Shown: positions 32,656 through 42,075 of the stretch, piece after piece
How the letters are laid out: every line of letters begins with the position of its first letter
Position numbering within the stretch: position 1 is the stretch's first letter
Source of the DNA: Chloroflexota bacterium
GTDB lineage: Bacteria; Chloroflexota; UBA11872; VXNJ01
Direction: 5' to 3'
NCBI GenBank assembly: GCA_965261345.1
Contig: OZ253449.1
Coordinates: 1,088,001-1,152,000 of the forward strand
DNA length: 64,000 nt
Program-made: the position numbers and the translations under genes
The notes under the pieces: generated by a model
What the model saw: only the letters and a program-made list of their open reading frames with translations
Database searches by the model: none
Told to the model about the DNA's origin: nothing

Positions 32656-33618
32656 CTAGCGCTCCCCGCTAACCGGCAGATGCCTGAGGTGCTCGACCCC
32701 CATCTTCCGGTACTTGTCATGACGCCTGGCCACGAGCTCGTCGATCGGAACCTGCGAGAGCGCGGCCAGCTCGCCAACGAGGGCTTCGCGCAGCTGGGCT
32801 GCGGCGGCCGGTCCGTCGGTATGGGCACCGCCTTCCGGCTCGGGCACGATGGCGTCGATTACCTTTAGCCCGAGCAGGTGGGTAGGGGTCAGCTTAAGCG
32901 CGGCGGCGGCGGTTTCGGCGAACTTGTAGTCACGCCAAACGATGCTGGCGGCCCCCTCCGGAGAAGCTACTGAGTAGACGGTGTTCTCCTGCATGAGCAC
33001 TCGGTCGCCCACCCCCAAAGCCAGCGCCCCGCCCGATCCGCCCTCACCAATCACGGTAGACACGATCGGGGTCCTTAGCCCAGCCATGGTCAGCAAGTTT
33101 TCGGCGATCGCCCAGGCCTGGCCGCGCTCTTCGGCTTCCAGCACCGGGTTGGCACCGGGAATATCTAGCAGGGTCACGACCGGCATCGCAAATTTTTCGG
33201 CCATCATCATCAGGCGGCGGGCCTTGCGGAAGCCTTCGGGGCTGGCCATCCCGAAATTACGGGCCAGATTCTCGCGCGAATTGGAACCCTTCTGGTGGCC
33301 GATGAGCATCACCGGGCGACCAGCCAGGAAAGCCGGCCCGCCGACGATCGCCGGGTCATCGCGGAAATTTCGGTCTCCATGCAGTTCGATGAATCCGGAA
33401 AAGGCCCAGTTGGCGTAATCGAGGGTGTGCGGGCGATCCGAGTGGCGCGCCAGTTGCACACGATCCCAGTCGGAGAGTTTCGAAAACACCGCATTGGTTT
33501 CCTTGCGCAGCCGCCGCCGCAGGGTCTCGATGGGGCCCGGTCCCTCGCCCTTCCGCTGGAGGGAGGAAAGCTCGGCCCGTAGCTGCGCTAACCCGACCTC
33601 GAATTCGAGAATCTTCAC
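32656..33618 (-). CDS. accA: Acetyl-CoA carboxylase carboxyltransferase alpha subunit
   Basis: ARH.DRP.TLDY, ELHGDR.FRDDPAI, RNFGM.SPEG.RKA, GEGGSGGAL, SPEGAASI. Confidence 0.95.
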   Translation of the reverse strand: MKILEFEVGLAQLRAELSSLQRKGEGPGPIETLRRRLRKETNAVFSKLSDWDRVQLARHSDRPHTLDYANWAFSGFIELHGDRNFRDDPAIVGGPAFLAGRPVMLIGHQKGSNSRENLARNFGMASPEGFRKARRLMMMAEKFAMPVVTLLDIPGANPVLEAEERGQAWAIAENLLTMAGLRTPIVSTVIGEGGSGGALALGVGDRVLMQENTVYSVASPEGAASIVWRDYKFAETAAAALKLTPTHLLGLKVIDAIVPEPEGGAHTDGPAAAAQLREALVGELAALSQVPIDELVARRHDKYRKMGVEHLRHLPVSGER

Positions 33619-34463
33619 TGCGCGACCGAAGCTTCCGACCGGTCGGGGGCCAACAGCTGGATCAGTTGAATAATGGTTGGGCGCAAGGCACTGCGGATGG
33701 TGACCAGGTCGATCATCCCACGCTTTTGCATGAATTCGGCAGTCTGAGCGTCATCGGGTAATTTCTGCTTGGCAATCTGTTCGATCAGTCGCCGCCCGGT
33801 AAAGCCCACGGTCGCCCCCGGCTCGGCGATGATTACATCGGCCAGCGAGGCAAAGCTGGCCGTAACCCCGGCCAAGGTCGGATCAGTCATTACCGAAATG
33901 TAAAGACCGCGGTGACGGCCCAGGCGCTCGAGTGCGGCGGCCGTCTTGGCCATCTGCATCAGCGAAAGCATGCCCTCCTGCATCCGCGCTCCGCCCGAAC
34001 AAGATACGATCACCAGCGGAATTAGTTCGGCCCCGGCCTGCTCGATGGCCAAAGTGACTTTCTCTCCTACCACCGTACCCATCGAGGCACCCAGAAAACG
34101 AAAGTCGATCGTGGCCAGGGCGATCTTGCGGCCACCGATAAAACCGGTCCCGGCCACCGCAGCCTCGCGCAATCCGGTCCGCTGCTGGTAGCTGGCCAGA
34201 TGATCGGGATAGGCTAAGTCGCCGCGCCGGAAAGATAGCGGATCGCCCGAGGCCAGCTCGGCTCCCAGCTCGCTAAAAGTCGCCACATCATCGAGTAGCA
34301 GCTCCAGTCGCTGTTCGATTGAGATACGGCCGTGCCAATTGCACCTGGGGCAGACATGCAGGTTCTGCTCAAATTCACGCCGCCGATGCAGCATCCGCTT
34401 GCACTTGCCGCATTCGACCCAAAGATCGGGGCTGTCGCCGGGCCGCTTGCCCAATAGTTTCAA
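33615..34463 (-). CDS. accD: Acetyl-CoA carboxylase carboxyltransferase beta subunit
   Basis: LWVECGKC...CPRC zinc finger, GASMGTVVGEK, SGGARMQEG, GVTASFA; start trimmed to TTG 34463. Confidence 0.93.
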   Translation of the reverse strand: MKLLGKRPGDSPDLWVECGKCKRMLHRRREFEQNLHVCPRCNWHGRISIEQRLELLLDDVATFSELGAELASGDPLSFRRGDLAYPDHLASYQQRTGLREAAVAGTGFIGGRKIALATIDFRFLGASMGTVVGEKVTLAIEQAGAELIPLVIVSCSGGARMQEGMLSLMQMAKTAAALERLGRHRGLYISVMTDPTLAGVTASFASLADVIIAEPGATVGFTGRRLIEQIAKQKLPDDAQTAEFMQKRGMIDLVTIRSALRPTIIQLIQLLAPDRSEASVAQ

Positions 34464-34563
34464 GCCGTTGCGCTCACACGAAAGAGGAAAATTAGATCGA
34501 GGGTCAAAACTAAAAGCTAACCGATCTGGACGGGCGGCGCATCGCTGTCGGCAACTTCCAATT

Positions 34564-36618
34564 TCACTGGGCCGTGACCGCGTGCGCTTCCACCGTAAAT
34601 CGCCCGTCGTGGAAGTCCACTGCATAGCAACGGTCATCGTCGGGACCGGCGGCAATTAGCGCGGAAGCTAGTGCTTGCTCGATATCGTGCTCGATGATCG
34701 CCCGCAGCGGACGAGCCCCTTCCCCGGCCGCCAATGCGCGCCGAACCAACTCTCCGAGCACCACGCCGGCAATCTCAACCTCTTGGCCAAGGGCGGCGAG
34801 TCGTTTGGCCATCGCCGCGAGCAGGCGGCGGGCAATTTCGCGGAAATCTTCCTCACCAAGGTCGGCCAACGGAACGATCCGGTCCAGCCGATTGACAAAT
34901 TCGGGCGATAGCCGCCGACGCATATCGTTCGCCAAACGGACCGGGTCGGATGCCGGCGAGCGACCGCCGGCGGGATTGGCGAACCCGATCGTCCCGCCCG
35001 AGCGGCTGCCCACGGTTGAAGTTAGCAGGATGATCGCCTGGGCAAAGCTGGCGCTGCGCCCGCCGGCATCGGTCAATTTGCCCGAGTCCATGATCTGCAG
35101 CAGCAACGAAAGCACCTGCGGATGGGCCTTTTCAATGTCGTCGAAGAGAACCACCGAATGCGGATCGCGTCGGATGGCCTCGGTCAACCGACCCGCTTCC
35201 TGATAACCCACGTATCCCGGCGGGGCGCCGATCAGGCGCGAGGTCGAGAACGGCTCCGATAGCTCGGACATGTCGATGCGGATCAGTTTGTCACGGCTGC
35301 CGGAAACAAATTCGGCCAGCAGCCTGGCCATTTCGCTCTTGCCCACCCCCGACGGCCCGAGCAGCAGCAACGACCCGATCGGCCGCTCGGGCGCCTTGAG
35401 CCCGGCCGCAGCCCGCTTGAGCGAATTGGCCACCTGTCGGATGGCGTTGCCCTGGCCGATTAAGCTTTGGCCCAACTTGGCTTCAAGTTGCAGATAGCGG
35501 CCCGACTCGGCCTCCGTCAGGTCAGCCATGTTAATACCGGTTGCACTGGCGACGACCTCGGCTATGGCCTTGTCATCGATCGGGGTCGCGCTTTGCTGCA
35601 ATTGTTTGTACCAACCGCGGCGGGCCACGATCAGTTTTTCGCGCAACCGCGACTCGGCCGCATATTCCTCCAGGAGAAGTTCCTGGTTGTCGCCCTCCAC
35701 GGCTAGCTCGGAACGCCGCTTGCGGAAAGTTGCCACCTGGCGGCGCATTGCCTTGATTTCCTCCGGGGGCACCAGGCGGTCGGATTTACGCCGGGCCAGC
35801 GCCTCGTCGATCAAGTCGATGGCCTTGTCGGGAAGTCGGCGGTCGGTAATGTACCGGTCCGAGAGCCGGATGGCGGCGGTGATCGCCGAATCGGCAATCG
35901 GCAGGCCATGAAATTCTTCATAGGTCTCGCGCAGTCCCTCCAGCACCGCCCGCGTCTGGTCCAGGTCGGGCTCTTCCACCGCTACCGTTTGGAAGCGGCG
36001 GTGGAGGGTCGCGTCGCGCGAAAAGTAACGCCGGTACTCGTTCCAGGTGGTGGCCCCGATAACTCGGATCTTGCCGCGGGCCAGGGCCGGTTTAAGCAAC
36101 CCGGCTGCGTCCAACGTGCCACTGGCCCCTCCGGCCCCCAGAATCGTGTGGATCTCATCGATAAATAGGACCACATCACGCGCTTCGACCACCTCTTCTA
36201 GGAGTTCCTTGACCCGTTGTTCAAATTCACCGCGATACCTGGCGCCAGCCACCATCGCCGCCAGATCCAGGGTTATGAGCCGGGTTTCGAGCAACTGCAC
36301 CGGCACCGAACCACTTACGATCTTTTGCGCCAGTCCCTCAACGATCGCGGTCTTGCCGACCCCGGCGTCGCCCACCAACAGCGGGTTGTTCTTGTTGCGC
36401 CGCAGCAGGATTTCGGCCACCCGCATCGTCTCGGCCGCGCGCCCAACCACTCGATCAAGCCCGCCGGCGCGAGCCCGTCGGGTCAGATCGGTCCCATACT
36501 GGGCCAGCCGGGAGATGCGTTCGCGACCTTTTCCGCGGCGTTGTTGCCCGGTTCCCGAGCCGCCCGGAGAGCGCGAGCGCATCTGCCAGGGCCCGCGTCG
36601 AGTTTGGAGGGAGCCCAA
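34564..36618 (-). CDS. ClpC-like AAA+ ATPase lacking the Clp N-terminal domain
   Basis: KNNPLLVGDAGVGKT, GARYRGEFE, FIDEIH, LPDKAIDLIDEA, coiled M-domain, GPSGVGKS, GAPPGYVGY, IGF loop, GARPLR. Confidence 0.88.
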   Translation of the reverse strand: MGSLQTRRGPWQMRSRSPGGSGTGQQRRGKGRERISRLAQYGTDLTRRARAGGLDRVVGRAAETMRVAEILLRRNKNNPLLVGDAGVGKTAIVEGLAQKIVSGSVPVQLLETRLITLDLAAMVAGARYRGEFEQRVKELLEEVVEARDVVLFIDEIHTILGAGGASGTLDAAGLLKPALARGKIRVIGATTWNEYRRYFSRDATLHRRFQTVAVEEPDLDQTRAVLEGLRETYEEFHGLPIADSAITAAIRLSDRYITDRRLPDKAIDLIDEALARRKSDRLVPPEEIKAMRRQVATFRKRRSELAVEGDNQELLLEEYAAESRLREKLIVARRGWYKQLQQSATPIDDKAIAEVVASATGINMADLTEAESGRYLQLEAKLGQSLIGQGNAIRQVANSLKRAAAGLKAPERPIGSLLLLGPSGVGKSEMARLLAEFVSGSRDKLIRIDMSELSEPFSTSRLIGAPPGYVGYQEAGRLTEAIRRDPHSVVLFDDIEKAHPQVLSLLLQIMDSGKLTDAGGRSASFAQAIILLTSTVGSRSGGTIGFANPAGGRSPASDPVRLANDMRRRLSPEFVNRLDRIVPLADLGEEDFREIARRLLAAMAKRLAALGQEVEIAGVVLGELVRRALAAGEGARPLRAIIEHDIEQALASALIAAGPDDDRCYAVDFHDGRFTVEAHAVTAQ

Positions 36619-36623
36619 CTGGC

Positions 36624-36824
36624 CTATATCCCGGGCAGCGGAACGGGCAAGGCGTCAATGAGTCCCTGCAGGGCGGCCGGGATCGCATCGCGCAGAGCGC
36701 CGTAAACGACGACCAAGACTAAACAGAACGTGGCCAGGGTAGCGGCAAATGCGGCCACTCCGGGCCCCCGACTGGCAGAACCGGACATTTGGGTAAAGAC
36801 CGCCAATATACAAGGAGTTGCCAA
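36624..36824 (-). CDS. Small hypothetical membrane protein
   Basis: One hydrophobic helix (VAAFAATLATFCLVLVVVYG); stop 5 bp upstream of the Clp ATPase ORF; start uncertain. Confidence 0.45.
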   Translation of the reverse strand: MATPCILAVFTQMSGSASRGPGVAAFAATLATFCLVLVVVYGALRDAIPAALQGLIDALPVPLPGI

Positions 36825-36892
36825 AGGTTACTTTGTAGTTAGTTTGCCCGGTCAATACCACACGTATACCTAACGTGGTCCGGTTTAATTCG

Positions 36893-36898
36893 TATAAT
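36893..36898 (+). promoter_or_regulatory. Putative sigma70 -10 element for moaC-gyrA
   Basis: Perfect TATAAT in an AT-rich divergent intergenic region ~32 bp upstream of moaC; no clear -35. Confidence 0.4.
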
Positions 36899-36930
36899 TA
36901 GGCGAATCGCAAACGAGAGCAAATCAGGCT

Positions 36931-37443
36931 TTGATAACCGCTCCCAAGTCGCCGCTTTCACACCTCGACCGCTCCGGCCATCCGCGCATGGTCGATGTAT
37001 CTAGCAAGCCTGAAACCCTCCGCACCGCGCTCGCCAGCGGCACGGTGAAATTAAGCGATCAGGCATTCGCCGCAGTCCAGCAATCGGCGGAGGGCCAATC
37101 GGCCGGATCGGGCAAGGGAAACGTGCTGGTCACCGCCCAGCTGGCCGGCATCATGGCCGCCAAAAAAACCTCCGAAATCATTCCGCTCTGCCATCAGCTG
37201 CCGCTCACCAACGTGGAGGTAGGGGTGGAGCTTGACCCGGCGGCTTGCCAGGTCCGAATCCTGGCCCGCGCCCGCGCCCATTCCGCCACCGGTGTCGAAA
37301 TGGAGGCGTTGACCGCCGTCAGCGCCGCAGCCCTGACCATATACGACATGTGCAAGGCGATCGACCGCACGATCACGATTTCACAGATCCGCCTGTTGGA
37401 GAAAACCGGCGGCGCCGGCGGCGATTTCCATGCCGCCCTCTAG
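36931..37443 (+). CDS. moaC: Cyclic pyranopterin monophosphate synthase
   Basis: LSHLD, MVDVS.K..TLR.A.A, AGIMAAKKT..IIPLCH, TGVEMEALT, YDMCKAID, KTGG. Confidence 0.95.
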   Translation: MITAPKSPLSHLDRSGHPRMVDVSSKPETLRTALASGTVKLSDQAFAAVQQSAEGQSAGSGKGNVLVTAQLAGIMAAKKTSEIIPLCHQLPLTNVEVGVELDPAACQVRILARARAHSATGVEMEALTAVSAAALTIYDMCKAIDRTITISQIRLLEKTGGAGGDFHAAL

Positions 37444-37471
37444 CCGGCCATAGCAAGGTCCTAAATACGCA

Positions 37472-39946
37472 TTGAACCAGATCCCACAGTCGCAAAATCT
37501 CGGCCACACCAAGGATGTCGTGTTTGAGCGCGAGATTGGGGAGGCCTACCTCGACTACGCGATGAGCACGATCGTCGCCCGGGCCTTGCCCGACGTCCGC
37601 GACGGTCTAAAGCCGGTCCAGCGCCGGATACTCTTCTCGATGCTCGAGCTGGGGGCCCGCGCCGGCAGCCAGTACCGCAAGAGCGCCCGAATTGTCGGCG
37701 ACACGATGGGCAAGTACCACCCGCACGGCGACGGGGCCATTTACGACGCCCTGGTACACCTGGCCCAGGACTTCTCGATGCGCCTGCCGCTGATCGACGG
37801 CCAGGGCAACTTCGGGTCAATCGACAACGACCCGGCCGCAGCGATGCGTTATACCGAAGCCCGCCTCAACGGGATCTCGGAGGCCATGCTCGAGGACATT
37901 GGCCGCGACACCGTCGATTTTGTCGAAAACTTCGACACCACCGCTGAGATGCCCGAGGTCCTACCCGCCAGATTTCCCAACCTGGTGGCCAACGGCGCCG
38001 CCGGGATCGCGGTCGGGCTGGCCACCAAGATCCCGCCGCACAACCTGGCGGAGGTGGCCAACGCTATCTGCGCCATGATCGACAACCCCGAATTGACGAT
38101 CGACGAGTTGCTGGAGCACGTGCCCGGCCCCGACTTCCCCACCGGCGCCATCATCAACCGCGAGAACATCAGGACCGCTTATCTTTCCGGCCGCGGCTCG
38201 ATTCTCATGCGCGCCCGGACCGAGACCGAGACCGCCAACGACGGCCGCGAAACGATCGTGGTCACCGAACTGCCCTACATGGTCAAGAAGGCCCGCCTGA
38301 TCACCAAGATCGCCGAGTTGGCGCAGGCCAAGGTGATCGAGGATATCTCCGACATCCGCGACGAATCGGACCGCAACGGCATGCGGATCGCGATCATCCT
38401 CAAGCGCAACGCTCACGCGACCAAGACCCTCAACCAGCTGTTTAAGCACACCGCCCTGCAGGCGACCTTCGGCGTAAACGCGGTCTGCCTAGTCAACGGC
38501 CAACCGCGGACCTTGGGCATACGCGAAATGCTCTCTGAATTCATCGCCCACCGCGAAACCGTCGTCGAGCGGCGGGCCCGCTTTGAGCTGGCGCGGGCGC
38601 GGACCCGCGAACACGTTTTGGTGGGGTTCATCCTGGCCCTCGACAACATCGACGCGGTGGTTGAACTGATCCGTCGCGCGCCAACCACCGACGACGCCCG
38701 CGAGCAGCTGGTGGAACGGCTCGAGCTGACTGAGATTCAGGCCAACGCGGTGCTGGACATGCAACTGCGCCGCCTGGTCGCCCTGGAAACGCAAAAGCTG
38801 CGTGATGAGCTGGCTGAAATCCAGGCCCGCATCGCCGAACTGGTCGATCTGCTTGCCGATCAGGGAAAGATCCGTGAGGTTGTCCGCGAGGAGACCCTGG
38901 ACCTGCAGGCCCGATTCGGCGAACTACGCCGCACCGTGATATCCGACCAGCTAAGCGGAACCCTAACCGAAGAGGACCTTACCCCCGACGAAGAGTCGGT
39001 GATAACGATCTCCAAGCGCGGCTACGCCAAACGGCAGCCGCTGACCACGTTCAAGTCGCAGGGGCGCGGCGGCAAAGGAGTCCGCGGGGTGGCAGTCGCC
39101 AAGGACGAGGACTCAATCGACCACCTGGTGATCACCAACACCCACGCCCATCTGCTGCTGTTTACCAATCGCGGCCGGGTCTTTAAGCTGCGGGCCTTTG
39201 AGATCCCGCAGATGTCGCGCCAGGCCCGTGGTTATGCCCTGATCAACACCCTCAACCTAGAAAAGGGCGAACGCATTACCGCCCCGATCGCGATCAGGCA
39301 CTTCGAGGAGCATTTCAACCTGCTGTTTGGAACCGTGCGCGGTTATGTAAAACGCACCGCCCTGAGCCGCTACGCCGCGGTCCGCTCCAACGGACTTCTG
39401 GCGATGCGTCTGGAGGAAGACGACGAGCTGCGCTGGGTACGCACTTCCGACGGCGACAATCGAGTCATGTTCCTGACCTTTCAGGGCATGGCGATTCACT
39501 TCCACGAGGACAACGTGCGGATCTCCGGCCGCACCAGCGGCGGGGTGTTCGGTATCCGCTTGTCCGACGACGACTCGGTCGTGGGGATGGACCTGACCAC
39601 CGACGACGATTACGTAGTAGTGATCACCTCGCGCGGCTACGGCAAAAAAATGCAGGTGAGCGGATTTCGCCCGCAGGGCCGCGGCGGCAAGGGCCTCAAG
39701 GCCATCAACCTGCGACGCAAGACCGGGCAGGTGGTCGCCGCCCAGGTCTTTGCCGACGCCGACGCGCAGATGTTCCTGCTATCTACTACCGGCCAGATGA
39801 TCCGCCAATCGCTGGGCCAGTTGCGCCCGCAGAGCCGCTATGCGCAGGGCCTGATCGTCCAAAGGCTCGATCCAGGCGAGGAAGTTGCGGGCCTGGCGGT
39901 ATCGGAAGAGCTAATCGACGAGGAAACGCTGGGCCGGGCCGAATAG
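37472..39946 (+). CDS. gyrA: DNA gyrase subunit A
   Basis: [29 protein letters not shown] catalytic Tyr, GyrA-box QGRGGKG, beta-pinwheel repeats. Confidence 0.95.
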   Translation: MNQIPQSQNLGHTKDVVFEREIGEAYLDYAMSTIVARALPDVRDGLKPVQRRILFSMLELGARAGSQYRKSARIVGDTMGKYHPHGDGAIYDALVHLAQDFSMRLPLIDGQGNFGSIDNDPAAAMRYTEARLNGISEAMLEDIGRDTVDFVENFDTTAEMPEVLPARFPNLVANGAAGIAVGLATKIPPHNLAEVANAICAMIDNPELTIDELLEHVPGPDFPTGAIINRENIRTAYLSGRGSILMRARTETETANDGRETIVVTELPYMVKKARLITKIAELAQAKVIEDISDIRDESDRNGMRIAIILKRNAHATKTLNQLFKHTALQATFGVNAVCLVNGQPRTLGIREMLSEFIAHRETVVERRARFELARARTREHVLVGFILALDNIDAVVELIRRAPTTDDAREQLVERLELTEIQANAVLDMQLRRLVALETQKLRDELAEIQARIAELVDLLADQGKIREVVREETLDLQARFGELRRTVISDQLSGTLTEEDLTPDEESVITISKRGYAKRQPLTTFKSQGRGGKGVRGVAVAKDEDSIDHLVITNTHAHLLLFTNRGRVFKLRAFEIPQMSRQARGYALINTLNLEKGERITAPIAIRHFEEHFNLLFGTVRGYVKRTALSRYAAVRSNGLLAMRLEEDDELRWVRTSDGDNRVMFLTFQGMAIHFHEDNVRISGRTSGGVFGIRLSDDDSVVGMDLTTDDDYVVVITSRGYGKKMQVSGFRPQGRGGKGLKAINLRRKTGQVVAAQVFADADAQMFLLSTTGQMIRQSLGQLRPQSRYAQGLIVQRLDPGEEVAGLAVSEELIDEETLGRAE

Positions 39947-40024
39947 CCTTCCCGGCCAGGGCCGGGATTGGCAGACAATATCGGCGAGGTTGCCTGCGGC
40001 CAGGCGCTGGCGCCATGTGCCTCC

Positions 40025-40100
40025 GGGCCGGTAGCTCAGTTGGTAGAGCAGCGGACTTTTAATCCGTTGGTCGTGGGTTCGAATCCCACCCGGCTCACCA
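40025..40100 (+). tRNA. tRNA-Lys (anticodon UUU)
   Basis: 76-nt cloverleaf: GGGCCGG acceptor, AGCTCAGTTGGTAGAGC D-arm, GCGGA-CTTTTAA-TCCGT anticodon arm, GGTTCGAATCC T-arm, encoded CCA. Confidence 0.97.
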
Positions 40101-40217
40101 TATTCGGTCCGCGCGGCAAATCCAATCATCGCGGCGTTGCCAGATGCAGCAATAATCCTTAAGGGCCGGTGGTGGCCCGGAAAAATTAAAAGTAATCGTC
40201 GATGGGAGCAAGAACCG

Positions 40218-40598
40218 ATGCGGATTTTTAGGATCGCGTTGCTCCCGTTGTCGCTAATCCACCTAGCGGCCGCGGTCTTTACCGCCCTGGTGGGAAGTTT
40301 CGCCGATGGCGGGGACTTCTTCGCGCGTTTGGTGCTGGTCGTATTTCACCCGCTCGGCGCCGTCGGTCTGGTCCTGTTGCTGGTCCTACCCCGACCAGCG
40401 CGCAGGTTAACGATTGCCGTTGGCGGGCTTCTGTTCGCAAGCCTGGCCGTTGACCTGGTCGCAACGATTCAGATCGCTACCGGGTACGCGCGCGGCGACT
40501 GGTGGCTCCCCTTGATCTTTTGGCCAATCGCGCTGCTCGGGCTAATCTACGCCTGCCTGCGGATCAGGCAGGCCGCCGGAGCCGAGCAGGCCGAATAA
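40218..40598 (+). CDS. Hypothetical 4-TM membrane protein
   Basis: Four hydrophobic segments; GGAG SD upstream of ATG 40218. Confidence 0.65.
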   Translation: MRIFRIALLPLSLIHLAAAVFTALVGSFADGGDFFARLVLVVFHPLGAVGLVLLLVLPRPARRLTIAVGGLLFASLAVDLVATIQIATGYARGDWWLPLIFWPIALLGLIYACLRIRQAAGAEQAE

Positions 40599-40758
40599 CT
40601 CCCGGCCAAACCGGCTCATAGCGGGTTTCCCAAGCCGGGGCGTCGCAGCGCCATGGGGCCGGCAATAGAATGCTCTTCTGCGGGATTGGACGCCACCAGC
40701 TGCATCCCGCAACCGGCGCGTCGCGCCGGGCAAAAACTCGTTTTCGGCAGAGGTTTAC

Positions 40759-41604
40759 ATGGCCATTCAAATAGTTACTGATTCAACCTGCTCGGTTCCA
40801 GCCGCAGAGGTGGAGGGCCGCGGCATATTGGTTGTTGCCCAGCACGTTCTCTTCGGGACGACCGATTACCGGGACCAGGTAGATCTCGAACCAGACGCCT
40901 TCTATGATCTGCTCGAGAGTTCGTCGCACCATCCCACGACCTCGCAGGCCACGCCGACCGAGGTGGCCGAAGTCTTCCGGGGCCCGGTCGAGGCTGGCGA
41001 TTCGATCATTGGAATTACGATTTCGGCCAAGCTGAGCGGTACCTTCTCATCGTTCACGCAGGCCGCCGAGCAGTTTCCCGATAGCCACATCCACGTCATC
41101 GATTCGCAGACCGCCTCGACCGCCGCCGGGTTGCTGGTGCTCACCGCCGCCAAGATGGCCGCGGCCGGCGACGACATCCATTCAATCTGCGACCACATCG
41201 AGCAATTGCGTGATCGGGCCCGCATGGCTCTGGCGGTACCCACCCTGGAGTACCTGCGCAAGGGCGGTCGGATCGGCAATGCCCGCGCGCTGATCGGGAC
41301 GATGCTCGGATTCAAACCGATCCTGCAGCTGCGCGAGGGCCAGTTGGAGCCGGTGGCGCGGGCGCGCAGCATGCGTCGCGCAATCTCGATACTAGTTGAC
41401 CTTGCCGTTGAAAACTCGCCCAACGGGATCGTCGACATCGGGTTCGTCAGCTCGGGCAGCAGATCACAGCTCGAATCGCTGCGCACGGCAATCCTGGCGC
41501 GGGTCGAAGTTTCCGGACAGTGCTATGAGGCCGAACCGTTGAGCCCGGCGTTGGGCGCCCACGTTGGCCGGGAGGCGCTGGCGGTCGCCTTCATCAGCGC
41601 CTAG
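40759..41604 (+). CDS. DegV family fatty-acid-binding protein
   Basis: IVTDST, PTTSQ, ISAKLSGT, IDS, LEYLRKGGRIG, KPIL, GAHVG. Confidence 0.93.
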   Translation: MAIQIVTDSTCSVPAAEVEGRGILVVAQHVLFGTTDYRDQVDLEPDAFYDLLESSSHHPTTSQATPTEVAEVFRGPVEAGDSIIGITISAKLSGTFSSFTQAAEQFPDSHIHVIDSQTASTAAGLLVLTAAKMAAAGDDIHSICDHIEQLRDRARMALAVPTLEYLRKGGRIGNARALIGTMLGFKPILQLREGQLEPVARARSMRRAISILVDLAVENSPNGIVDIGFVSSGSRSQLESLRTAILARVEVSGQCYEAEPLSPALGAHVGREALAVAFISA

Positions 41605-41607
41605 TCC

Positions 41608-42060
41608 ATGGACGGGCGCTGGGGACGGCGGCGGTTATTCGTAACCGGAGCTGCGATGGCTCTCTTTGCCTGCCTGGCGGCCACTTGTTCCAGCGACCCT
41701 CACGGGGCCATTACGATAACCGAGTTGCACGAACTGGGCCAGGCGCGCTACGGCCGGCGCACGACCATTACCGGCCAAGTCCTGCCGGGGTCGTTCAAGC
41801 GCCCGCCCGCCGGATCTCGGGTCGACCTCATCCCGCTTAGCCCCGACGGACTGGTATTCCAGCTAATTGACGCTCAACGGCGGGTCCAGCCGGTGCTCCT
41901 GGCAAGGGTTGATGATTTGCAATTTACGCAACTTTCGACCCAACAGCAAATTACGGTGACCGGAAAAGTCCATCCCACCGGGATGTATTTCGCCGACGGC
42001 GTCTATATCGAATCCGACCTCGTTCCGGTCCCGACCCCCACCCCGGGAATCTTGCTCTAG
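41608..42060 (+). CDS. Putative exported lipoprotein with CcmE-like OB fold
   Basis: Signal peptide with lipobox-like LAATC; G.V.PGS...F.L.D...V.G......A..V pattern reminiscent of CcmE; no heme-binding motif. Confidence 0.45.
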   Translation: MDGRWGRRRLFVTGAAMALFACLAATCSSDPHGAITITELHELGQARYGRRTTITGQVLPGSFKRPPAGSRVDLIPLSPDGLVFQLIDAQRRVQPVLLARVDDLQFTQLSTQQQITVTGKVHPTGMYFADGVYIESDLVPVPTPTPGILL

Positions 42061-42075
42061 CCACGCGCCGGCGGC

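Noticed and set aside
34464-34655. Long N-terminal extensions given by the ORF track for accD (also sbcC, the ABC ATPase, peroxiredoxin and enolase-family gene)
   Set aside because: Family homology and SD sites start downstream; the extensions overlap neighbouring genes or promoter regions
40025-40600. tRNA-Lys as a genomic island attachment site
   Set aside because: No integrase and no duplicated tRNA 3' end noticed in the window
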